From Lingula anatina (lineage: Eukaryota > Animalia > Brachiopoda), in assembly GCA_051362555.1 (NCBI GenBank), contig CM120644.1:13538567-13602566 (forward strand): a stretch of DNA of 64,000 nt, written 5' to 3'. Positions within the stretch are counted from its first letter, which is position 1. Every line of letters begins with the position of its first letter. Made by a program: the position numbers and the translations under genes. Positions 24,887 to 38,700 of the stretch are shown in pieces. The notes under the pieces are model-generated. The model worked only from the letters and a program-made list of their open reading frames with translations. It made no database searches and was not told the DNA's origin.

Positions 24887-25856
24887 TTTCTGTGTACAGT
24901 TTTACCAAAATACCAGCGCGTTTCCAAAACTGCCCAGATGAGATCTCATTCAGTCGGCTCTATCCTGAAACTAAATGTAAAACTACATTTTAATGTACTG
25001 GTATAATATAAATGGATCCAACCACGGAAATGAATTTAAAAATCCTTAAGACTTAAAATGGAAATTGTTGTCAAAGAGACAAAACGGGATTTTTTGACCT
25101 TTAACTTTGAGCCACTGTGTTTTGTCTCCACATCTAAGAGCCTTAATTGATCACAGAAACAAAGACCCTTTTTCCATATGATCATCACACATTAAAAAGA
25201 TGATGACAAACCTATTAATTTCACCGCTCTACCTGTACATTACTTTGGATGCTCCTCTTCTTTATCCAAAATAACACACAGCACAACCTTTGTGTTTTTA
25301 TAAGAATTGATGCACATGACCAAGGTCAAATTCTTTTAAAGACAACAATGGATTAAGTGAGTAAAACACCTGACAGTTGAGACAGCCACATATTTCTACC
25401 TACACCTGTATTAAGCAAGCCAGCTGTGCCATTTGTTACAATGATGTATATACTTGTACTTACTGACTACAGTCATTTTGGTTTCATATTTTCATAAAAG
25501 ATAACATAAAGCCTAAACATAGTGTATTATTCAAAACTCAGCAAGAAAAGACCTGTTTTGTCCAAGTACTTTATATTAGATGTAAGATATGTATTATTAA
25601 CTACAGATTTTTGAGGAAATAAAAAAAGGATTATGAATTGATTTTTTGCTCTATTTTATGGTTATTTTGTTTGTAATTATAAATGCCTTGTTTCATTAAC
25701 TTAAGTATTTTTCAAAGTGTAAATTTAAATAAAATGTCAAGCTTAGGAACTTCAATGCTAGTTGTCCCTCACTCACACACTGGACATTTTTGGCCCAAAT
25801 TCTTTGTTAGCTAAAAAATTATCAAAACCCAAATTAATATGATATATCCAAGATAA

Positions 25857-25857
<1 letters not shown>

Positions 25858-25926
<69 letters not shown>
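25858..25926. repeat. (AT)n microsatellite
   Basis: Pure TA run. Similar runs lie at about 46485-46513 and 52860-52911. Confidence 0.95.
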
Positions 25927-25928
<2 letters not shown>

Positions 25929-27182
25929 AAGATTTTAATCCTGTTTACTCACACTGCACTTAATTCCACATCTTTTTAATGAAACTGTTAACTTACCTAA
26001 TGTACAACACACACAACATACACATGCATTTCTGAGCACACATGTAGCATACACACACACACACACACACACATACAGAATACATACTACATAATACATG
26101 TACAGTGTATATTCAAATCTTGGGGAATTAATTCACTGTACTACATTCACTCATCTGGCATCTCCTAATAAAAATTTCATATTAAGTCAGACTGACACAA
26201 ACTTGAGAGTAGTTATTGACAAAAACTGTTACCTCTGTCAATTATTGGATTTGTGTAGTACATCCACTGCTGACGAGCATATATCCATAAGTAATATCAG
26301 TCTAAGCTATACATGTTCTGTAGGTAGTTCAGTATATATGCAGTGTACATATGCAGTACATAAATATATCAGCTCTGTGTAGAATTAGTATGTTGGTTTA
26401 CCTACATTTGGGGTCAACCTGCACATAATGATTTATAGCATTTATGCTGGTACGCTCCTAATATTAATGTTCTATTTTCAGCATATGTAAGCATTTTCAA
26501 TATATTAAGATATTTGCATCGATCTCATTCTGGGTGATACATGAAGCTCTTATAGAAAAGCGCCAAATTAAGTTGTATCATTTACTGTCATACAATGTCC
26601 TATTATCAGCCATCAATTTCAAAGAAGGTGGCCATGAAGATCTTGTTTTCAAAAAAATATATAATAGTAATAATGATAATAATGATAAAGGGAGGGGGCT
26701 TTTTCCACAAAAACTTGCTGAAGTGTGTTCACAGAACATTAAATAAGATCAAACTTTGATTCAGAGCTGATATTTTCTTTTCAAAAAGGATGGTTTGAGT
26801 GTACCTTCAACCCCCCCCCCCTTCCCAGCCTATGCCCAACTTCCAATATTGCAGTGTACAATACTAGACATACATGATATTTAAAAAAAACTGGTGATTA
26901 TACAAGTACATAGGAAACAAAAGGAGGCATTTCATTAAGTTAAGCTGATTGCACTCAGCAAGAGTCCATGCAGAGTTGGATCGATTTATGTGGACTGATG
27001 GTGTATAGCAACAGGGTCTTAATTATCACATGAAACAACTACAATTAACTGTAAAGGTTTACTTTGAGTAGTCATAACATTTTGCATTTACTCCCTTTCA
27101 CAAATTCTCCACAATTTTGTTTTCTGCTGTTTAGTTAATAAATTGCTCTGCGATGTCCAGTGCAGTTCGTTAAAGTGGAGAC

Positions 27183-27213
<31 letters not shown>

Positions 27214-27589
27214 GAGGAGTAGGGGCTTTGGGGAAGAGAGCTCTATTTAGTTTAGACTTTTACATAGTAGCTAGGCTATTCAGTTGTCAATCATTCAAAG
27301 TGTATCGGTCCAGCTTTAAATGTACAGTACACCTCCATGTGAAAAGGACCCCAGCCTTAAGAGGAAATTCCACAGTAGTGTCCCATTATATAACACATGT
27401 AAAAAACAAGGCCTTAAACAAACAGAACCTTATATTATAGCATGAGTGAGAAGTCCATGTTGATGTGTAGTAGAAGAACAAAATTAAAATAGTACAGTTT
27501 GCAGTATCTGCATGATAATATATATGTTTCAGACTAAATGTTTGTAATTGTTAATTAGTGGGCCTTGCACTAATTTCTACACCTTCATT

Positions 27590-27731
27590 TTCTATTAGCA
27601 TTTTAATTTAAATGCTCTTTCCACTTGGACCAGAGAATGCATGGACATTTATTTCAGTAGCATTTCTATTAAGCATTTTTAAATGCTCTTTCCTCTTGGA
27701 CCAGAGAATGCATGGGCATTTATTTCAGTAG
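27590..27731. repeat. Two-copy tandem duplication of about 70 bp
   Basis: tttctatt(a)agcatttt..aaatgctctttcc(a/t)cttggaccagagaatgcatgg..atttatttcagtag occurs twice. Confidence 0.85.
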
Positions 27732-29477
27732 TCTTTATGTAACTTCATTTTTTCTTTTCTTTTTAGTTGCTCAGGTCCTCCACAAAATGTGTGAATCTGC
27801 TGACTTTTTGGTGGGTAATTATGTAACTTGTGGGAAATAACCCTTTGAGCCACCAAAGAGGGTTTCATCAGTAAATCTCAAGTATAATTCTTATTACTGT
27901 TATAAGTAAATCCTAATTGTAGGGACAACAGAAACAAAACTGGAACAAAACAGATAAGACTTCTGTCAGTAAGTAAATTTAAATGAACCAAAGACCAACC
28001 ACATGCATGAAAATTCCTGAAGATATTCCTCACCTCTAGCTAGCTCAAACTTAAACATAGCATCTGTACATGTTGACAAATATCAATTTTAGATAATGTT
28101 TTAATATATTGTTTGAAATAGCTCGATTATGCAAGACATCAGTTTATGTTAGCTGCTACTGAATTGAAAGATAGGAGTCGTGAGCTGACCGTGCCTGCAA
28201 GACTGCTTGTTTTTGTATATCTTATATATATCTTAAGTAGCTGAAAATAAACTGTTAATCACTATGGCATAAGGTGGGTTCTGCAAAAAAAAAAAAAAAA
28301 AAAAAAAAAAAGAAAAAGAAAAAGAAAAAAAAAACATAACAGGTTTTCTGTTCCAATTAAGGTCAAAGTTCACTATATGCTGTTGTTGCATCTGCTCCTC
28401 TGAAGTCGCATCAGTTAATTTAAGCTTCTAATAATTAACTCTCACCTGAGGACCACTTTTCAGGACCAAAAATATTTTTTTCCACTATAGACATTCACAT
28501 ATAGTTCTCTGGCTACTTCTGTGCAAATGTCTATACTGTGCAAGCGAGACTTTTAATTTGCACAGAAATGACGTTATCACTAAGCTGACCTCTGGTTTAT
28601 ATATATATTGACTACAGTACATACTGTATATATAGAGAGAGTACAGTAAGCTAGCTTATTTAATGTCTGTCTTTATACAGTACCTAAAGATAATGTTACT
28701 TCTCTGACAACACCAGCTAGAATATGAGATAATTTACAAGGGGAAACGTATGAGATTATATAGCACTAGACAGATAATATTAACAGTCCCCCTTGGAGAT
28801 AATAAATAATTTGACAAAGTAGTATGATTGCGATCAATTCCCTCCACACTACCATATTATTTCCTGGTTAAGTAAGATTATTACTGATACATGATAATAA
28901 TGGGTCTTGGTTTTTTTGAAAACCATGATTATTTTTGGTACTTTGACAATTTTTTGCTACCTTTTTGGGGAGGGAGGGGGGGGGGTCACGCACCATAACT
29001 ACTAATATATTAAAATCGCACTCTGAATTTACTGTAAATAAATTCAAAAACAATAATAACAACAAATCAGTCAAGTCTGCTTATAAAAACAAGTAAACAT
29101 ACTGGTTTACTTATAAATCAAATAAGTAGAGACAAAGCAATTAATTACATTTTAAATGATTTTAATTAAAATTAAAAATTTAATAATAAAAGCTAGATGT
29201 GTGAGAAAATCTCACAACACCCAATATCAGATCACAAATGTTTTTAGTTTAGATAATTTCACAGCTGGGATATATGCACGTGGATAGTTATATGACTTAC
29301 GTATAACCTTTGGTATTAGATAGAATTTCCAAGGCTGTAGTGTAGCCTGCAGCGATCATGTTGTCAACGTCGATCCAGTCCAAATGCAGGTCATATTAAT
29401 TAAAACTTCCTCTCCTTTAGTTCTATAGTGTCTATAAGATTATCTAAACTTTAAAAACATCAGCTACTATATATTTT

Positions 29478-29750
29478 ACTCACCCCTTTTCCACGTGGCG
29501 GAAAATAACAACCTCTCGTCCCTACATTTCGATGTTTGACCTACAAAGATAATAAAAACACAAACACGTGCTGTCGTGGACCGGAAACGACACAAGCGAC
29601 TTTTATTTACACTTCTGGGCATGCGCATTGTAGCTGCATTAACTTCCTGTGCACATGTGTTGCTGCAGCCTGTTGAAATGAAATCACTTTTGTTGTAATG
29701 TAACAACATATGGACAACTGATCATACTTGTTTCGTAGAATTTGTCAAAA
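29478..29750. promoter_or_regulatory. Putative bidirectional promoter of DUS3L and the aquaporin, including a non-coding first aquaporin exon
   Basis: CpG-richer patch with NRF1-like GCATGCGCA (about 29619) and ETS-like CCGGAA / ACTTCCTG. A minus-strand donor G|GTGAGT at 29483-29478 could pair with the acceptor TTTCAG at about 24970-24965, just upstream of the aquaporin ATG. Confidence 0.5.
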
Positions 29751-32700
29751 ATGGATCCAACTACTGACTCTGCAAAGTCTGAAGACGTCGGTGAAGGCGC
29801 CAGATCTACCGGACAAGAAGAAAACCCCAAAGAAACTGGAGCTGCAGCCCTTCCGAGACTGGTGAAAGATTACGTCTATGAACCAGGGGTAGCGCGAATC
29901 AAAGCGGAGTATGTTGTGTTTTCTGAAATATTTGCGAGTTTCGTAAATCAGTCTGTTAACATTGGCCCAGGTTTACTGGTATATGAATTTTACGCCAGTA
30001 CCCCATGCAGGTTTATGTTTCTGTCTCCTTTTCCGATTGCCTCCCCCCTCCCCCCATCCCCGAAACACCTCTACACCCACCCCTCCTTTATTTAAAATTT
30101 TACTCTTTTGATTTATACTGGCACTGACGTGTATCTAATTTATTTGGGGATGTAACATTTTCCTTATTCAAAATGTGGATTATCAAGAAGAAATATTCAT
30201 TGCTGTTATATATATTATATATATATATAACTACTGTACCGATACAGGGTGTTACAAGAAACAAACATCAGATTTGTCACATTTCCGCAGATTTTTTTGT
30301 TGACTCAATTCCTGTTGTACTTTCAGATACTTGAATCTGAACTATAAACCCAAAATTGTCACTGAATACTTGCCCCAGGATGTAAAGGAAGAACTATTAT
30401 TGGTTGAACAGAGCAGGGAAAAAGCCAAGAAAAATGACGAAGCATCATCACATGATCCTGATGACTCTTCCCAACCTCCACAAAAGAAGATCAAGAAGTT
30501 GAAAGGCCAACACAAGAAAAGACCAATTGCCAAGCATTCAGATCCTTCCACCAGGCTTTGTCCAGCCTTTGTCACTGAGACACAGTGCTCTTTTGGAGAG
30601 AGGTGTAAATTTAATCACAATGTTGAGGAGTACTTTAAAGCTAAACCAGCTGACCTAGGCTCTCACTGTTATAATTTCGAGACATTCGGTAAATGCCCAT
30701 ATGGCATCACATGCAGATATGCAGGGCAACATATATCAGAAGACTTTAAAAATGTAATGAACGAGGAACTGCACGCACGCACATGTAAAGAGACACAAAC
30801 GCTGAATACTCTGTCAAAAGATGTCCAAACCAAGTTGAGGAGAAGGCAATATGATTTCACGCTAGCAGAGAGCACTTACAAAAACGTTGGGAAAAAGACG
30901 GAGAAGTCAGAGACACAAAGTAACAATGATGTTTTGAAGGCCTCAGTCCCAGAACAGGGTTCTGATTCTTTATCTGAAAATGGTTGCAAAACATCATCAA
31001 ATAGCAAAGAAAAGGAGGAAATCTCTCCCAGCACAATTGAATCAAGTCTGTCAGAAACATTAGCAGATGGTACGTTGAATGATACAACAGCACTGAAGCA
31101 AACAGCGCCCGACAACAGTGACTGTAGTAGCAGCAGTGTTACCGCTGAAAGTGACAAAGGTGCAGAGGCAAAGCCTTTGGCAACAGAGAGTCATGACGGG
31201 CCTGTAAAGCTACGCCCCCAGGAGAGAAAGAAGGTAAAAATTTGTTTCAAGTTATGAAACTCTGGTTGTGTTCACTAAGGATATAGGTTGAATATAGGTT
31301 GATTGAATAAATGTTATTTTAAAGCAGTGAAATAAAATATTTGCTGTTATGTGAAGATTTAACTCCCACTGATATTTGTGTGCATTTTAATAAGTAGTTA
31401 GCTGTGAATAAATAATATAATCAACCCTTTCAGTTGCAATGATCCATTACTTAAAAATGTATTTAATCTTTTTTTTTCTGATTAACACTGTTGAGCTGTT
31501 TTCTTTTTAGATTGATTTCAGGGATAAGCTCTACCTAGCCCCCCTGACCACGGTGAGTTTCAAAAGTATGGTTTAAGTTTAAAGGTGCCTTGTCAATAGT
31601 CTTTGTAAAGTAGAGTAAATCTGAGTGTTAACACATATTACATTCTGTTATCAATTAAAAGTGTAGTTGTATAGCAGATGAATTTGTTGTCGGAGTTTAA
31701 AAAATTCAATTTCTGCTTATACTTCGAAAGCTTTTATCATGTCTGTTAAAACTTCTCATATTAGATTGCTATCTTACTAGGTATAGAAATCAAAAGGCTT
31801 CAGGTATTACACATATAGATTACACCTATTTTTCATTCTGCATCCTTTATTATAATTTGTCGTTTTGTATACGTATGTTCATAGAAAAAAGTTTTTAATT
31901 GCACACAATGAAAATTAATGCAGTATAATGTTAAAAAAATTCATTCAAGTAGTAGTAAAATCTGCAAGATTTTTGTTGCTGACATGCATAATCAGTGCCA
32001 TAATGACAATATCTTCAGGTTGGTAACCTCCCATTCCGTAGAATCTGCAAGGTATACGGCGCAGACATTACGTGTGGAGAGATGGCGATGTCAACCAATC
32101 TGCTACAGGGTCACCAGTCAGAGTGGGCACTTCTCAAGAGACACGCCAGTGAGGACCTGTTTGGAGTCCAGGTATAGTTGTAGCAGTGAAAGTTTCTGGG
32201 TTTATCGGAAAATCCTCGTTGATATTTGGCTGTAGTTCTATTTATGCTTCCCCATACCTCCCCCTCTCTTCCTTTCTCTTATTTGGATGGAGTGTCCTTC
32301 TCTTTCTGATAATTTACAAAGAACTGCAAGACCGTCAGAAAATATCTCTGGATCCGCCCCTGTATATAATATGGGAATTTGACATTGTAAACCAGGGCCC
32401 CGTAACTCTAAAGCATTGCACATTGCGACCGAGCGCAAGCATCTTGATTCCATAACTCGCCCATACTCGCCTCATATAATACAGTGTAGCCTCTGTGTGA
32501 TATCACTGTTCGGAATATGCTATGCTTTCAAGTTACGGGGCCCAGTTTGATCTCTCAGTGTTCACCCTGAGTATCCTGTGTTTCCAGGTGTGTGGAGGCT
32601 ACCCTGATACCATGGCCAGGTGTACCCAGCTTCTGAATGACACCATAGACGTGGACTTCATAGATATTAATGTGGGATGCCCCATTGATATGGTCTTTAA

Positions 32701-35700
32701 AAAGGTATTGTGTTGGTGATTTTTGTTAAAGATGTAAAAAGGATGCAAGCAAGTGCATGTACTCATGCGTGCACATGCACACACACACTCATGCACACAC
32801 GCATGCACTGCTTTAAAGGATATGAAAGGGAGGGTATTTTGTTTTCAAATTTGAGGTGGTGATTGTGAAAAAAGGGCAATATAAGCCATTTTTCTCCTGT
32901 TATAAAACATTATGTCAGGAATGTTTGATAAATAAGTTGTAAGCCAGGTAAATTGTTGAGACAAAAGAAAAATTGTGGTTTTCCTCTGTTTTTCAGGGTG
33001 AGGGCAGTGCACTAATGGGACGACTGAACAGATTTGAGCAAATTGTTAGAAACATGACTGCCATCTCTGATATCCCTGTCACCGTGAAGATGAGAACTGG
33101 AATCTATGAGAACAAGCAGATAGCTCACACTGTGATCCCCAGGGTGAAGGAGTGGGGAGTGTCACTGATGACAGTAAGTACCTCACACTGTGATCTCCAG
33201 GGTGAAGGAGTCGGGAGTGTCACTGATGACAGTAAGTAACTCACACTGTGATCCCCAGGGTGAAGGAGTGGGGGGGTGTCACTGATGACAGTAAGTAGCT
33301 CACACTGTGATCCCCAGGGTGAAGGAGTGGGGGGTGTCACTGATGACAGTAAGTAACTCACACTGTGATCCCCAGGGTGAAGGAGTGGGGGGTGTCACTG
33401 ATGACAGTAAGTAGGTCACACTGTGATCCCCAGGGTGAAGGAGTGGGGGTGTCACTGATGACAGTAAGTAACTCACACTGTTATCCCCAGGGTGGAGTGG
33501 GGGGGGTGTCACTGATGACAGTAAGTAGGTCACACTGTGATCCCCAGGGTGAATTAATGAGTGGTCACTGATTACTTGATTTTCCCAAATGTTTTTCTCA
33601 AAAATCTCTGGTTTAGATCTCTGATCTATGGTAGAATTCCTTACAATTTTCTCACTCAAATGTCTGTCCTGCAAAAATCAGCTGACCACCAAGGGTTTAG
33701 ATTCTATGACACATTTGTAATGAAAGTAATGTAATATTATAATTATTATAGGTTAATGTTATTTTTATTGTATTAATCCCTTTCATTGAGCTAATTTGCA
33801 CCTCATTGCGTATGAGCATGGCATCTTAATTGGTTCGCTGATACTATTTTGTATTTCAGTTACATGGACGGACTCGTGAGCAGAGATACACAAAGATGGC
33901 AGACTGGGACTACATCAACACTTGCTCTAAATTAGCAGATCCAGTGCCTTTCTTTGGTAAGTGAGATATATTTTTATAATTTATTGCACAATAATTTGAA
34001 GCCATGCAGGGAAATAAAGTTTGTAAAATTATTCAGCTACTGCCATCTGTATTATCTATTGCTAAAGTCTTATAAAACCCAGTATTTGAAAAAGCAAAAA
34101 AAAAAAATGATATTAGTCTCTGTTTATGGTTTAGACTGATAGTTTCTTAGACCTTTGTTGCCTGAAGGGCAAGTTGGCAGAAGATTCTTTTTTTTTTTTG
34201 GCACAGTTATTCTGGATCCAAATGTAGTGTTTTAAATAGAATGCAATTGTGGCTCACTGATGCAGAGCTCCTACTTGTATGTGTCTGATCAGGTAATGGA
34301 GATGTGCTGTCATTTGAAGACTACAACCAGCACAGAGAGCAGACTGGGGTGTCAGGGATCATGGTAGCAAGGTAAGGTCAAAGGTCATTTAAGAGGTCAT
34401 ATACCATGGGTCAAAGGTCAAGTTGAAGGTCAAAGTCAATAGTCAGAGTTTTTAATGTTTATTGATAGTTTTGTTCACTTGCTTATTTACCATGTACTCA
34501 TATTTAAGTGGTATATTAACAGGAGAAAAAGGAACATTCTCATCCACTTGTACTGTATGACTCTGTCTCCTGTGGATAATTTCGATTTAACATTTTGGTA
34601 TTCATAAAGATATATTTCTTTACTCTTCTATATTATTTATTAAAATTTGTATTTCATTTATGTTTCTTGTTTATCTTACTTAATTTACATATTTCTCCAG
34701 TAATTGATAAATTAATTGTACCACCAGCGTTAGCGCTGGCGGTACACATGGTTTTAGTCCCGTCCGGTCCGTTCCGCCGGCTCCTGCGGCTCCGCCGGCT
34801 CCGCCGCCATGTTACCGTTACCGCTTCTCCTCCTAGACGGTAAGGGCCCCCATACCCATCTCTTGGATTTAGGTCACCTATAATCTCAACTCGTTCCACG
34901 TAAAATTTGGGCGATGTCGGTATTGGGGTCTAGGTGTGGCACTCATTGCAATGCACCCTTGTCCAAAAATGGCAAAATTAAATGCTAATTATCTACCCTA
35001 CGGAAGGAATTATGGGAAAAATTTCTACAGACGGCTTTCCAAAAGTCATATGTGTAGATTTCAAATATGCCCTTGGATTTGACCTTTGACCTTTATTTCA
35101 AGGTCAAACGGGCCAAAATTTTCAAAAAAATTAATTTTTTTTCGAAAAAAAATTTATTTGCGCTGTTATTCAGACACCACACAGACTTAACCAATAATAT
35201 TATTGGAAAATGTTACCCTTCAGGTCATCTTTCATCTGTGTGAATTTGGGGTCAATCGGTGCATTTTCACGGGTGTAGCGGCCATAAGATACCGAAACTG
35301 AAAACTGTCTCTAATTCAGGAACCATTAATGCTAGAGACCCATTCTTTTTTGCATTTTGTAGAGCATGTAAAGCCCAACACTGGAAGTGGTCTCCGTTTT
35401 TTTGTATTCCATACGGTTTTCGAGTTACACTGTATCAAAAAGTACATATTGGTGGTGAAAGCAAAATGTGCAGTACGGTAATGGATAATAAATTTTGAAC
35501 TCCGGAAAAATAAAACATAAGGCTTGGCAAAGCAGACAACTTGTGGTCAAAAATGACATTATTTCATCAAATTTGAACTTCTGGAACTTCAGAGCACCTC
35601 CCATTTCAAGAATTTTGACCAAAATGACCTTTTCTTTATTTTAATTAATTTTTTCTGTAGGAAATTTATTGCACATTAAGGTAACTCCGAAATTATAACA

Positions 35701-38700
35701 TTTAGTCCCTTATATCTCCAAAACTGGCAGAGATAGGTCCATAGTTACTATTGAAGTTGAATAGGAAGTCATATACTGGCAATCTTACTGTGACCTTGAA
35801 ATTGACCTTTGACCTACTTTTCACCATGAACTGAACTTTGCAAATTTTGCCTCCTTTTTATCTCCAAAACTGGCAGAGATAGGTCCATAGTTACTATTGA
35901 AGTTGAATAGAAAGTCATATACTTGCAATCTAAATGTGACCTTGAAATTGACCTTTGACCTACTTTTCACCATGAACTGAACTTTGCAAATTTTGCCTCC
36001 TTTTTATCTCCAAAACTGGCAGAGATAGGTCCATAGTTACTATTGAAGTTGAATAGGAAGTCATATACTGGCAATCTTACTGTGACCTTGAAATTGACCT
36101 TTGACCTACTTTACACCATGAATTGAACTTTGCAAATTTTGCTTCCCTTTTATCTCCAAAACTGGCAGAGATAGGTCCATAGTTACTATTGAAGTTGAAT
36201 AGGAAGTCATATACTGGCAATCTAAATGTGACCTTGAAATTGACCTTTGACCTACTTTTTATCATGAATTGAACTTTGCAAATTTGGTTCCCTTTTATCT
36301 CCAAAACTGGCAGACATAGGTCCATAGTTACTATTGAACTTGAATAGGAAGTCATACACTGGCAATCTTTCTGTGACCTTGAAATTGACCTTTGACCTAC
36401 TTTTCATCATGAACTGAACTTTGCAAATTTTGCTTCCCTTTTATCTCCAAAGTTACGCTGTATCAAAAAGTACATTTTGGTGGTTAAAGCAAAATGTGCA
36501 GTACGGTAATGGATAATAAATTTTGAACTCTGGAAAAATAAAACATAAGGCTTGGCAAAGCAGGCAACTTGTGGTCAAAAATGACATTATTTCATCAAAT
36601 TTGAACATCTGGAACTTCAGAGCACCTCCCATTTCAAGAATTTTGACCAAAATGACCTTTTCTTTATTTTAATTAATTTTTTCCGTAGGAAATTTATTGC
36701 ACATTATGGTAACTTTAAAATTATAACATTTAGTCCCTTATATCTCCAAAACTGGCAGAGATAAGTCTATAGTTACTATTGAAGTTGAATAGGAAGTCAT
36801 GTACTGGCAATCTTACTGTGACCTTGAAATTGACCTTTGACCTACTTTTCACCATGAACTGAACTTTGGAAATTTTGCTTCCCTTTTATCTCCAAAACTA
36901 GCAGAGATAGGTCCATAGTTACTATTGAAGTTGAATAGGAAGTCATATACTGGCAATCTAAATGTGACCTTTAAATTGACCTTTGACCTACTTTTCACCA
37001 TGAACTGAACTCTGCTTTATTTCTTTCTCTTTTAACTCCAAAACTGGCAGAGATAGGTCCATAGTTACTATTGAAGTTGAATAGGAAGTCATATACTGGC
37101 AATCTAAATGTGACCTTGAAATTGACCTTTGACCTACTTTTTATCATGAATTGAACTTTGCAAATTTTGGTTCCCTTTTATCTCCAAAACTGGCAGAGAT
37201 AGGTCCATAGTTACTATTGAACTTGAATAGGAAGTCATATACTGGCAATCTTACTGTTACCTTGAAATTGACCTTTGACCTACTTTTCACCATGAACTGA
37301 ACTTTGCAAATTTTGCCTCCCTTTTATCTCCAAAACTGGCAGAGATAGGTCCATAGTTACTATTGAAGTTGAATAGGAAGTCATATACTGGCAATCTAAA
37401 TGTGACCTTTAAATTGACCTTTGACCTACTTTTCACCATGAACTGAACTCTGCTTTATTTCTTTCTCTTTTAACTCCAAAACTGGCAGAGATAGGTCCAT
37501 AGTTACTATTGAAGTTGAATAGGAAGTCATATACTGGCAATCTAAATGTGACCTTGAAATTGACCTTTGACCTACTTTTTATCATGAATTGAACTTTGCA
37601 AATTTTGGTTCCCTTTTATCTCCAAAACTGGCAGAGATAGGTCCATAGTTACTATTGAACTTGAATAGGAAGTCATATACTGGCAATCTTACTGTTACCT
37701 TGAAATTGACCTTTGACCTACTTTTCACCATGAACTGAACTTTGCAAATTTTGCCTCCCTTTTATCTCCAAAACTGGCAGAGATAGGTCCATAGTTTCTA
37801 TTGAACTTGAATATGAAGTCATATACTGGCAATCTAAATGTGACCTTGAAATTGACCTTTGACCTACTTTTCACCATGAACTGAACTTTGGAAATTTTGC
37901 TTCCCTTTTATCTCCAAAACTAGCAGAGATAGGTCCATAGTTACTATTGAAGTTGAATAGGAAGTCATATACTGGCAATCTAAATGTGACCTTAAAATTG
38001 ACCTTTGACCTACTTTTCACCATGAACTGAACTCTGCTAATTTCTTTCTCTTTCAACTCCAAACCTGGCAGAGATAGGTCCATAGTTACTATTGAAGTTG
38101 AATAGGAAGTCATATACTGGCAATCTAAATGTGACCTTGAAATTGACCTTTGACCTACTTTTTATCATGAATTGAACTTTGCAAATTTTGGTTCCCTTTT
38201 ATCTCCAAAACTGGCAGAGATAGGTCCATAGTTACTATTGAACTTGAATAGGCAGTCATATACTGGCAATCTAAATGTGACCTTGAAATTGACCTTTGAC
38301 CTACTTTTTATCATGAATTGAACTTTGCAAATTTTGGTTCCCTTTTATTTCCAAAACTAGCGAGTTAGGTCCATAGTTACTATTGAACTTGAATAGGAAG
38401 TCATATACTGGCAATCTTAGTGTGACCTTGAAATTGACGTTTGACCTATTTATAATCATGAACTGAACTCTGCTAATTTCTTTCTCTTTTAACTCCAAAC
38501 CTGGCAGAGATAGGTCCATAGTTACTATTGAAGTTGAATAGGAAGTCATATACTGGAAATTTACTGTGACCTTGAAATTGACCTTTGACCTACCTTACAA
38601 TGAACTTAACTTTGATTGTGCCATTTTAAGTTATATATATATTTTTTGCGTATTTTGAAAATTCTTGTTGACTGCATTTTTACAGCTTGTCAAGCATAAG

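Noticed and set aside
33124-33553. Regular short repeats resembling a CRISPR array
   Set aside because: There are no unique spacers and no cas genes, and the context is eukaryotic. It is a head-to-tail minisatellite.
22222-38549. Recurrent ORFs such as MVKSRTKVNF..., [13 protein letters not shown]..., MVKILEIGGALKF... and MHFHGSSGHK...
   Set aside because: They are chance open frames in HINE-B and its satellite. They recur only because the DNA is repeated, and they show no Rep/helicase or other domain.
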